Below, piece by piece: positions 19,510 through 26,787 of a stretch of DNA of 26,787 nt (its first letter is position 1; each line of letters opens with the position of its first letter). A program made the position numbers and the translations under genes. The DNA is taken from assembly GCA_900548125.1 (NCBI GenBank), contig URJN01000001.1, forward strand, positions 1-26,787, written 5' to 3'. The notes below the pieces were generated by a model, which was not told the DNA's origin, ran no database searches, and saw nothing but the letters and a program-made list of their open reading frames with translations. This DNA comes from an uncultured Eubacteriales bacterium (GTDB lineage: Bacteria > Bacillota > Clostridia > Christensenellales > Aristaeellaceae).

Positions 19510-19602
19510 ATCTGCTCTTTCCTCTTTACAAACGCCGCTCAAACCATTACACTGTGCGAGGACAATTCCCTGCAGTTTACCGGAAGTTGTTTGTGTTTAC
19601 AA

Positions 19603-19621
19603 ACTTTTGATTCTCAATATA
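19603..19621. promoter_or_regulatory. Possible Fur-like box upstream of feoAB
   Basis: Reverse strand TATATTGAGAATCAAAAGT matches 12/19 positions of GATAATGATAATCATTATC, 20 nt before the feoB start. Confidence 0.4.
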
Positions 19622-19641
19622 GAATGGGGAGGAATCATTCG

Positions 19642-21984
19642 ATGACTCTGGATTCTCTTAAACCCGGTCAAAGTGCCGTCATTCATACCGTAGGCGGCGA
19701 AGGCGCACTCCGACAGCATTTTCTGGATATGGGCGTCATTCCCGGCGCGCAGATTACGCTCGTCAAGTTCGCCCCGATGGGCGACCCCATCGAATTCCGC
19801 ATCCACAGCTATGAGCTGACCCTGCGTGTAGACGATGCGAAGCGGATTGAAATCAGCAATCCCTGCACCGTAAAAGGCGAGCCTGCCTGCCCGCCGCCGC
19901 ATACGCCCGTGGATCATCCCGGCTTAGGCGAGGGCGGACGCTACCACGTCAAAGCAGGCGAACATCCCCTGCCCGAAGGAACGACGCTCACCTTTGCCCT
20001 TGCCGGCAATCAGAACTGCGGCAAGACGACCCTCTTCAACCAGCTCACCGGCTCCAATCAGCACGTCGGCAATTTCCCCGGCGTGACCGTGGACAGAAAG
20101 GACGGCGCGATTCGCGGTCATGACGATACTCTCGTCACCGACCTGCCCGGCATCTACTCCATGTCCCCCTATACCAGCGAGGAAATTGTCACCCGCCGCT
20201 TTATTCTGGAGGATAAGCCCTGCGGCATCATCAACATCATCGACGCCTCCAACATCGAGCGCAACCTCTACCTGACCATGCAGCTCATGGAGCTGGATGT
20301 CCCCATGGTTCTCGCGCTGAATATGATGGATGAAGTGCGCGAAAACGGCGGCTCGGTCCGCGTCAACGAAATGGAAGCCATGCTCGGTATTCCGGTCGTT
20401 CCGATTTCCGCCGCCAAGAACGAGGGCATCGACGAGCTCGTTTCCCATGCGCTTCATGTCGCCCGTTATCAGGAGCGTCCCGGCAGACCGGATTTCTGCG
20501 ACTCTGAGGGTACGCAGGCGGCTGTCCACCGCTGTCTGCACGGCATCATGCACCTCATCGAGGATCACGCCGAAGCCGCGGGCATTCCCGTCCGTTTCGC
20601 CGCCAGCAAGCTGGCAGAGGGCGATCAGCTCATTCTCAGCCAGCTGAATCTCTCTGAAAACGAAAAGGATATGCTTGAGCATATCATCGTTCAGATGGAG
20701 CAGGAGCGCGGGCTGGATCGCGCCGCCGCCATCGCGGACATGCGCTTTTCCTTCATCGAAAAGGTCTGCGACGCGACCGTCACCCGACCGCACGAGAGCC
20801 GCGAGCATGAGCGCAGCGTCAAAGCAGACCGCCTGCTGACCGGCAGACACACCGCGATTCCGATGTTCATTCTCATCATGCTCTCCGTGTTCTTCCTGAC
20901 CTTCAACGTCATCGGCAGCTTCCTGTCCGATTTGCTGGAGCAGGGCATCGGTGCGCTGACAGAGCTGGTCGATCACCTGCTGGTCTCTGCCGGCTACTCC
21001 GGCGTACTGCGCTCGCTGATTATCGACGGCATATTCACCGGCGTGGGCAGCGTGCTGAGCTTCCTGCCGTTTATCGTGACCCTGTTCTTCTTCCTCTCCA
21101 TGCTTGAGGACAGCGGCTACATGGCGCGTGTCGCATTCGTCATGGATAAGCCGCTGCGCCATATCGGTCTTTCCGGCAGAAGCATCGTCCCGATGCTCAT
21201 CGGCTTTGGCTGCACCGTTCCGGGCGTCATGGCGACCCGCACCCTGCCCTCCGAGCGCGACCGTAAGATGACGATTCTGCTCACCCCGTTCATGAGCTGC
21301 TCGGCTAAGCTCCCGATTTACGCATTCTTCAGTGCCGTGTTCTTCCCGAAGCACGCCATGTGGGTCATGGCTGGGCTTTATCTGCTGGGCATCCTGATGG
21401 GTATTCTCCACGCGCTGCTGATGCGCAAAACCATCTTCTCCGGCGAACCCGTTCCCTTCGTCATGGAGCTGCCGAATTACCGCATGCCGGGCGCAAAGAA
21501 TGTCTGTCAGCTGCTCTGGGAAAAATCGAAGGATTTCCTCCAGCGTGCCTTTACGGTCATCTTTGCCGCAACCATTGTCGTCTGGTTCCTGCAAACGTTT
21601 GATATGCGTCTGAACGTCGTGACGGATTCCAAGAACAGCCTGCTCGCGCTGATGGCGGGCGGCATCGCGCCGCTGTTCCGTCCGCTCGGCTTTGGCGACT
21701 GGCGCATATCCACCGCCCTGCTGACCGGCTTCATGGCAAAGGAAAGCGTCGTTTCCACGCTGACCATCCTCTTTGGCAGCACGGCAGAGCTTCTTTCCGC
21801 GCTGACGCCGCTCTCCGCCCTGTCGCTGCTGGTGTTCTCCCTGCTGTATACGCCGTGCATCGCCGCCGTCGCTTCCATCCGTCGTGAGCTGGGTGCGCGC
21901 TGGGCGATTGGCGTCATTCTCTATCAATGCGCCATCGCGTGGGTTGCCGCGTTCATCGTCCATCTGATTGGCATGTTGATTTAA
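19642..21984 (+). CDS. feoB: Ferrous iron transporter FeoB with fused N-terminal FeoA domain
   Basis: FeoA-like segment LDMGVIPG...APMGDPIE; GTPase motifs GNQNCGKT, VGNFPGVT, DLPG and NMMD; membrane motifs LEDSGYMARVAF and LYTPCIAA; GGGGAGG RBS. Confidence 0.96.
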   Translation: MTLDSLKPGQSAVIHTVGGEGALRQHFLDMGVIPGAQITLVKFAPMGDPIEFRIHSYELTLRVDDAKRIEISNPCTVKGEPACPPPHTPVDHPGLGEGGRYHVKAGEHPLPEGTTLTFALAGNQNCGKTTLFNQLTGSNQHVGNFPGVTVDRKDGAIRGHDDTLVTDLPGIYSMSPYTSEEIVTRRFILEDKPCGIINIIDASNIERNLYLTMQLMELDVPMVLALNMMDEVRENGGSVRVNEMEAMLGIPVVPISAAKNEGIDELVSHALHVARYQERPGRPDFCDSEGTQAAVHRCLHGIMHLIEDHAEAAGIPVRFAASKLAEGDQLILSQLNLSENEKDMLEHIIVQMEQERGLDRAAAIADMRFSFIEKVCDATVTRPHESREHERSVKADRLLTGRHTAIPMFILIMLSVFFLTFNVIGSFLSDLLEQGIGALTELVDHLLVSAGYSGVLRSLIIDGIFTGVGSVLSFLPFIVTLFFFLSMLEDSGYMARVAFVMDKPLRHIGLSGRSIVPMLIGFGCTVPGVMATRTLPSERDRKMTILLTPFMSCSAKLPIYAFFSAVFFPKHAMWVMAGLYLLGILMGILHALLMRKTIFSGEPVPFVMELPNYRMPGAKNVCQLLWEKSKDFLQRAFTVIFAATIVVWFLQTFDMRLNVVTDSKNSLLALMAGGIAPLFRPLGFGDWRISTALLTGFMAKESVVSTLTILFGSTAELLSALTPLSALSLLVFSLLYTPCIAAVASIRRELGARWAIGVILYQCAIAWVAAFIVHLIGMLI

Positions 21985-22000
21985 TCCCGTGTTCGCCAAA

Positions 22001-22028
22001 GCCGGCAAGACATCGAAGTTTTGCCGGC
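22001..22028 (+). terminator. Hairpin 3' of feoB
   Basis: GCCGGCAAGAC-ATCGAA-GTTTTGCCGGC with no U-tract. Confidence 0.4.
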
Positions 22029-22059
22029 GCGGACAGGGTTGCGTGATTTCCCGTGTATG

Positions 22060-22097
22060 AATGAAGAAGGGGCTGCATATGCAGCCCCTTCTTCATT
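22060..22097. terminator. Perfect 38-bp palindrome between convergent feoB and DUF3877 genes (probable bidirectional terminator)
   Basis: AATGAAGAAGGGGCTGCAT|ATGCAGCCCCTTCTTCATT. Confidence 0.65.
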
Positions 22098-22627
22098 TAG
22101 AATCCAAATGCCTCGTAATCCTCCCGCGTAAAGCGGTGATAGGTCAAATGTCCGCCCTCGTCGGCGATGCAGTAGCGATATTCATCCGGTTCGCCGTCCT
22201 CAAACTCGATGAGCCAGTCAAACTCCCCGTTGTGCAGTTCTTCCACCCGCACATGGTCGGAGTGCTTGTGAAACTGCGCCAGCAATTCCTCCATCGTGCA
22301 GCCATGCCGCCCGATTGTGCGGATGAAATCTGCGAGGAAACCGTTCGGATTGGTATGCTCATGCACCCACTGCGCGCCCTGCGGCGGCACGGCAAGACAG
22401 AATCGTTCTCCCTTGCGGCTGACCTCGATTCTGCCCAGTTCCCGTTCGTTCTCTCCTGCGAATTTTTCCAGCGCAGCGGTCATATCTTCCGCGCTCATCT
22501 CTTTTTCCGTCAGCAGGCAAAGGGAAGCAAGCGGATAATACAGCCGAATCGTTTCGCTTCGATAGCCCAGCTTGAGCTGTCCCTCCTGCACCGCGTCCAC
22601 GATGCTCTTTCTGAGTTTGTCAAACAC
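22097..22627 (-). CDS. DUF3877-like conserved hypothetical protein
   Basis: E.Q.KLGYRSETIRLYYPL.SL and YHRFT.EDY patterns, recognised from memory; GTG start after AAGGAGGAG. Confidence 0.75.
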   Translation of the reverse strand: MFDKLRKSIVDAVQEGQLKLGYRSETIRLYYPLASLCLLTEKEMSAEDMTAALEKFAGENERELGRIEVSRKGERFCLAVPPQGAQWVHEHTNPNGFLADFIRTIGRHGCTMEELLAQFHKHSDHVRVEELHNGEFDWLIEFEDGEPDEYRYCIADEGGHLTYHRFTREDYEAFGF

Positions 22628-22682
22628 GTTTTGCTCTCCTCCTTCTTTCGATTCCCCTTGCCATCGTCATGGCTCGGTATTG

Positions 22683-22755
22683 AAACAGGGCTGTTGCCTG
22701 TCCTCTCTCCGACTCAAAGAGCCGGAGAGGACGTCTTTGCGCAACAGCCCCGTTT
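22683..22755 (-). terminator. Long nested hairpin after proS
   Basis: 15-bp outer stem AAACGGGGCTGTTGC/GCAACAGCCCTGTTT enclosing an inner GTCCTC..GAGGAC stem. Confidence 0.5.
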
Positions 22756-22773
22756 GTTATACCGATGGATTCA

Positions 22774-24216
22774 TCAATAGGCCTTGGCGAAATAGATGAC
22801 CTTCTTGGCAGGCTTGCCGCAGCAGACGCAGGTCTCGCCGATCGGCGTCTGGTCAAACGGCATGCAGCGGGAGGACGCGCCGAAACGATTTTTGATTTCG
22901 TCCTCGCAGGTCTGCTCACCGCACCACATCGCCTTGGCGTAGCCGCCGTTGACCTGCTTCTCCAGTTCTTCCATGTTGTGAACATCGGCGGTATGCTCAT
23001 CGCGGAACGTGCGGGCGATTTCGAACATGTTGTTCTGAACCGCATCGAGCATCGCCTTGATTTCGCCTTCCAAGCCCTCGATGTCCAACGGTGCCTTTTC
23101 AAAGGTATCGCGGCGCACGCTCATGACCTTGCCCTCGGCGAGGTCACGCGGACCGATTTCCACGCGCACCGGCACGCCCTTCAGCTCCCACTCGTTGAAC
23201 TTCCAGCCCGGCGTCACGTTGTCGCGGTCATCGAACTTGACGCGCAGACCAGCGGCAGTCAGCTTGTCCGCAACCGCCTTCGCGCCTTCCAGAACGCCTT
23301 CCTTGTGCGCGGCAACCGGCACAACGACGACCTGAATCGGAGCGATTTTCGGCGGGAGCTTGAGTCCGCGCTCGTCGCCGTGGGTCATGATGATGGCACC
23401 AATCAGACGGGTGCTGACGCCCCAGCTGGTTTCATGCGCATACTTCTGCGTGCCGTCCTTGTCGAGGTACTTGATTTCAAACGGCTCGGAGAAATTCGTG
23501 CCGAAGTTGTGGCTCGTGCCGCTCTGGAGTGCCTTGCCGTCCTGCATCATCGCCTCGACGGAATACGTCGCGCGCGCACCGGCAAACTTTTCCTTCTCGC
23601 TCTTCTGTCCGCAGTAGACCGGAATCGCCAGATTCTGCTCGCAGAAATCGCGGTAAACGTGCAACATCTGCATCGTCTCTTCTTCCGCTTCCTCGGCGGT
23701 CGCGTGAACCGTGTGACCCTCCTGCCAGAGGAACTCGGCGGTGCGCAGGAACGGACGGGTCGTCTTTTCCCAGCGCATGACGGAGCACCACTGGTTGTAT
23801 TTGAGCGGCAGATCGCGCCAGCTCTGCACCCACTTGGCGTACATCGTGCAGAAAATCGTTTCGCTCGTCGGGCGGACAGCCAGACGCTCGGTCAACGGCT
23901 CTGTGCCGCCCTGCGTGACCCACGCCACCTCCGGCGCAAAGCCTTCAACGTGGTCGGCTTCCTTCAGAAGAAGGCTCTCCGGAATGAGCATCGGCATGGA
24001 CACGTTCTGATGACCGGTGCGCTTGAACTCCGCGTCGAGCTGCTGCTGAATCAGCTCCCAAATGCCGTAGCCGTAGGGCTTGATTGCCATGCAGCCGCGG
24101 ACGGGGGTGTAATCCATCAGATCCGCCAGACGCACAACGTCGGTATACCACTGGGAGAAATCCACGTCACGCGGGGTGATGTGCTGAACAAATTCCTGCT
24201 GACTTTTCTTCGCCAT
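22774..24216 (-). CDS. proS: Proline--tRNA ligase, archaeal/eukaryote-like type
   Basis: DFSQWY, HVEGFAPE, RPTSET, FLRTAEFLWQEGHT, QSGTSH and SWGVSTR motifs; C-terminal AKAY; 480 aa. Confidence 0.97.
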   Translation of the reverse strand: MAKKSQQEFVQHITPRDVDFSQWYTDVVRLADLMDYTPVRGCMAIKPYGYGIWELIQQQLDAEFKRTGHQNVSMPMLIPESLLLKEADHVEGFAPEVAWVTQGGTEPLTERLAVRPTSETIFCTMYAKWVQSWRDLPLKYNQWCSVMRWEKTTRPFLRTAEFLWQEGHTVHATAEEAEEETMQMLHVYRDFCEQNLAIPVYCGQKSEKEKFAGARATYSVEAMMQDGKALQSGTSHNFGTNFSEPFEIKYLDKDGTQKYAHETSWGVSTRLIGAIIMTHGDERGLKLPPKIAPIQVVVVPVAAHKEGVLEGAKAVADKLTAAGLRVKFDDRDNVTPGWKFNEWELKGVPVRVEIGPRDLAEGKVMSVRRDTFEKAPLDIEGLEGEIKAMLDAVQNNMFEIARTFRDEHTADVHNMEELEKQVNGGYAKAMWCGEQTCEDEIKNRFGASSRCMPFDQTPIGETCVCCGKPAKKVIYFAKAY

Positions 24217-24246
24217 GACTTTTTCCTCACTTTATTCGTGTTATGT

Positions 24247-24340
24247 CCTCTCCGTCTGCCTGCGGCATCCACCTCTCCCAAAGGGCGAGGCAAGTCTCGG
24301 CTCCCCCTCTGGGGGAGCTGTCACGAAGTGACTGAGAGGG
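24247..24340. repeat. Inverted pair of REP-like two-hairpin elements
   Basis: Unit 1 (+): CCTCTCCGTCTGCCTGCGGCATCCACCTCTCCCAAAGGGCGAGGC. Unit 2 (-): CCCTCTCAGTCACTTCGTGACAGCTCCCCCAGAGGGGGAGCC. Both share the same architecture. Confidence 0.6.
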
Positions 24341-24351
24341 CTGGGGGGAAC

Positions 24352-24585
24352 AAAAAACGCCCCGTCCCATCACTGGGACGAAGCGCATTGCTTCGCGGTA
24401 CCACCCGGTTTGGCGTCCTCATGACGCCCTGCTCAAGCCCTTATCGCGGGCATACGGCGGCGTTCTTAGCGTCGCAGCTGCTGGGGTTCGGAGCGATGGG
24501 CGTTCTTCCTGCGCAGTCTCTCAGCATCCGACCGCACTCTCTTGAGGACGAAACAGCCCGGCTTTCCCCGTCATCGCCTATTATC
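24352..24585 (-). ncRNA. T-box riboswitch (Pro specifier) controlling proS
   Basis: T-box motif GGGTGGTACCGCG, AGAGAG bulge, GCTGAGAG distal loop, CCG (Pro) specifier at 24491-24489, and terminator CGCTTCGTCCCA-GTGA-TGGGACGGGGCGTTTTTT. Confidence 0.92.
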
Positions 24586-24591
24586 ATCGAC

Positions 24592-24620
24592 ATTATAAGC
24601 AAAAATCGGGTTTCTGTCAA
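24592..24620 (-). promoter_or_regulatory. Consensus sigma-A promoter for T-box/proS
   Basis: Perfect TTGACA-N17-TATAAT. Confidence 0.88.
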
Positions 24621-24626
24621 GAACGA

Positions 24627-24875
24627 TTATGCGCCCAGCATCCGGCTCAATTCGCAGACCGCCTGTGCCTCGTCCTCGCCCTCCGCAACGATGGTCACAG
24701 CCTGTCCGTCGCTCAGCCCTGCGGAAAGCACGCCCATCAGCGATTTGGCATTGACCGTTACATTCTGCCGCCTGAGCAGAATCCGGCAGGAATAATCGTT
24801 CATTCGGTTGGCAATCTGCGCCGCCTGTTTGGTCATCATATTTTCAGGGATGGAAATTTTAATCGTCAGCTCCAT
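24627..24875 (-). CDS. HPr-family protein lacking the phosphorylatable His (Crh-like)
   Basis: VNAKSLMGVLS and AEGEDEAQA motifs, 82 aa, no His in the sequence, directly downstream of whiA. Confidence 0.85.
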   Translation of the reverse strand: MELTIKISIPENMMTKQAAQIANRMNDYSCRILLRRQNVTVNAKSLMGVLSAGLSDGQAVTIVAEGEDEAQAVCELSRMLGA

Positions 24876-25833
24876 GGGCTTCTCCTCTCACGGCAGCCTC
24901 TGCCGGTTCCTTTTCTTCAAGCTCCTGTGCCATCGCTTCCAGCTTGCGCAGCCTGTGGTTGATGCCGCTCTTTCCAATCGGCGGCTCGCACATCTGCCCC
25001 AGTTCTTCCAAGGACATCTCCGGATACATCAGCCGTTTTTCCGCCGTTTCCCGCAGGGCAGGCGGCAGGCTTTCCTTTCCGTATGCAGCCATCACGCGCT
25101 CAATCGCCTGCATCTGCCGCGACGCCGCCGTCACCGCGCGCTGCACGTTGGCACTGTCGCAGTTGACGGCGCGGTTGGCGTTGTTGCGCAGCTCCTTGCG
25201 GATGTATGCGTCCTCCATGGCGAACCTCGCGCTCTGCGCGCCGAATATGCTGAGCATATCCGTGATTTCGCTCTGCCCTTTGAGGTAGACCAGCGTCATC
25301 GAGCGTCGCTTTGCCAGATGCGCGTTCAGCGAAAAGCGGGCAATCAGCCTTTGCAGTGCCGCCGCGAAGGATTCATCCTCCAGCACAAACTCCAGATGAT
25401 ATTCCTTCTCCGGGTCGGTCACCGAGCCGCACGCCAGAAACACTCCGCGCAGGAACGACATCCGGCAGCATTTGCGCACCGTGATCTCCCGCGGGACGCC
25501 GCGCCGCTGTCCGACCTCGATTCCGCATCCTTCCAGCACAAACGACGCTTCGCTTCCGCTGATTTCGACGCGGTAGGCGTTTCTGCCGCCCAGCCGTGAG
25601 CGCCTGAGCGTAACCAGCTCCGGCTGAACGTCAAAGACGTCGCGCAGCAGGCGGAACGTGCGCCGCGCAACAGCATTGTTCTCCGTTTCGATGGACAGCC
25701 TCTTTTCGCCGCCGCCGCGATAGATGACCGAGCCGGCAGCCGATACAATGCCGCTCAGCTCCGCAAGCAGACAGCATACGCTGTCCGGCTCAAGCCGGCA
25801 AAGCTCTTCCTTCGTCTGAGATGAATACGACAT
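24859..25833 (-). CDS. whiA: DNA-binding protein WhiA
   Basis: MSYSSQTKEEL start, FLRGVFLACGSVTDPEKEYHLE, NRAVNCDSAN and KSGINHRLRKL motifs. Confidence 0.96.
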   Translation of the reverse strand: MSYSSQTKEELCRLEPDSVCCLLAELSGIVSAAGSVIYRGGGEKRLSIETENNAVARRTFRLLRDVFDVQPELVTLRRSRLGGRNAYRVEISGSEASFVLEGCGIEVGQRRGVPREITVRKCCRMSFLRGVFLACGSVTDPEKEYHLEFVLEDESFAAALQRLIARFSLNAHLAKRRSMTLVYLKGQSEITDMLSIFGAQSARFAMEDAYIRKELRNNANRAVNCDSANVQRAVTAASRQMQAIERVMAAYGKESLPPALRETAEKRLMYPEMSLEELGQMCEPPIGKSGINHRLRKLEAMAQELEEKEPAEAAVRGEAHGADD

Positions 25834-25878
25834 AGCGGCGGCATCCTTTCTTTTGAATTCATGCCGTCGGGCGATTCA

Positions 25879-26568
25879 TCAGTCCCTGCGGCGGTTGTTG
25901 CTCGAAAGAAGAATCAGACGCAGCAGCTGCAAAAGTGCCTGAAGCGCAGCGGCAACATACGTCAGCGCAGCGGCGGAAAGCACCGCCTTCACGCCCCTGA
26001 CTTCTTCCTCCGGCAGATAGCTTTCGGAAAGCACGGCGACCGCGCGTCCGGATGCGTTGAATTCCACCGGCAGCGTCACCACATAGAACAGCACCGCCAG
26101 CGCAAAGCAGAGAATACCGATTTCAACCAGCGGCTGCCAGGAGAAGATCAAGCCCAGCATAAACAGCGGAATCGCCGCGCCGGAACCGATATTCGCAATC
26201 GGCACAAGCGTCGAACGGATGCGCAGCGGCGCATAGCTCTGCGCGTCCTGAATGGCATGTCCCGCCTCATGCGCCGCAACGCCGAGCGCGGCGATAGATG
26301 TCGAGCTGTAGACCTCGCTGGACAGGCGGAGTACGCCGTTTTCCGGATCATAATGGTCGGTCAGCTTGCCGCTTATGGCTTCAATACGGACATTCTGACA
26401 GCCGTTTCCGTCCAGAATCTGTCTGGCGATCTGCGCACCCGTCATATGCGTAGAGGAAGGAACCTTGCTCCATTTCGAATACGCCGCGGACACGCGGAAC
26501 TGCGCATACAGCGCGATCAGTGCGCCAATCAAAACCATCCAATACGTCGGATCGTAATACCAGAACAT
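25879..26568 (-). CDS. Membrane neutral zinc metallopeptidase (YugP-like)
   Basis: LTDHYDP, AAHEAGHAIQ (HExxH), TLPVEFNASGRA and VLSAAALTYVA motifs. Start at MFWYY after GGAGGG. Confidence 0.92.
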   Translation of the reverse strand: MFWYYDPTYWMVLIGALIALYAQFRVSAAYSKWSKVPSSTHMTGAQIARQILDGNGCQNVRIEAISGKLTDHYDPENGVLRLSSEVYSSTSIAALGVAAHEAGHAIQDAQSYAPLRIRSTLVPIANIGSGAAIPLFMLGLIFSWQPLVEIGILCFALAVLFYVVTLPVEFNASGRAVAVLSESYLPEEEVRGVKAVLSAAALTYVAAALQALLQLLRLILLSSNNRRRD

Positions 26569-26613
26569 AATGCCCCTCCATGATTCATCCATCATCGGTA
26601 AGAAAATACAGCA

Positions 26614-26665
26614 AAAGCGGGTATCGAAACCACCCTATCTTTCTATGATCTATGATACCCGCTTT
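26614..26665 (-). terminator. 12-bp inverted repeat, terminator-like, upstream of the peptidase gene
   Basis: AAAGCGGGTATC-N28-GATACCCGCTTT(T). Confidence 0.4.
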
Positions 26666-26787
26666 ATGTCCCCCGCGCAAGAGTTCCTGCGCAAAAACCT
26701 GTTTTCCGCGGTTGATTTGTCATGCAGGATGATATACATCGTCAAAAAAACGGAGCTGTCAAACTTAAACCAAACATTTCAAAAAAG

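Noticed and set aside
19596..19625. TTTACA-N18-TAGAAT as the feoB promoter
   Set aside because: The implied TSS would fall inside the RBS, so support is insufficient.
19924..22008. 694-aa minus-strand ORF
   Set aside because: Antisense shadow of feoB.
22765..24795. 676-aa plus-strand ORF
   Set aside because: Antisense shadow of proS that also runs through the T-box; no protein motifs.
1..26787. CRISPR array, IS/transposase, prophage, tRNA or rRNA genes, defence system
   Set aside because: No spaced direct repeats, mobile-element proteins or structural RNA gene signatures were seen.

Overview
GC-rich Firmicutes (Clostridia-like) core chromosomal region. Positions 1-11873 (minus strand) hold the intact S10-spc ribosomal protein superoperon (rpsJ to rplO, then secY, adk, map; map runs off the left edge), driven by a sigma-A promoter and a structured leader. 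Next come a PEB1/GlnHPQ-type polar amino-acid ABC operon, a two-gene envelope unit (zinc-ribbon/TM/peptidoglycan-binding protein plus a multidomain L,D-transpeptidase), a DUF1836 gene with a perfect promoter and a ~200-nt structured leader, a divergent FeoA-FeoB fusion, a DUF3877-like gene, and a T-box-controlled archaeal/eukaryote-type proS with a REP-like pair in its leader. The right end carries a YugP-like peptidase, whiA and a His-less HPr. I saw no transposase, phage, CRISPR, rRNA or tRNA genes. This is mostly housekeeping DNA. The best candidates for something undescribed are the zinc-ribbon/PG-binding plus L,D-transpeptidase unit and the DUF1836 leader. All family calls come from motif recognition by eye, not database searches.
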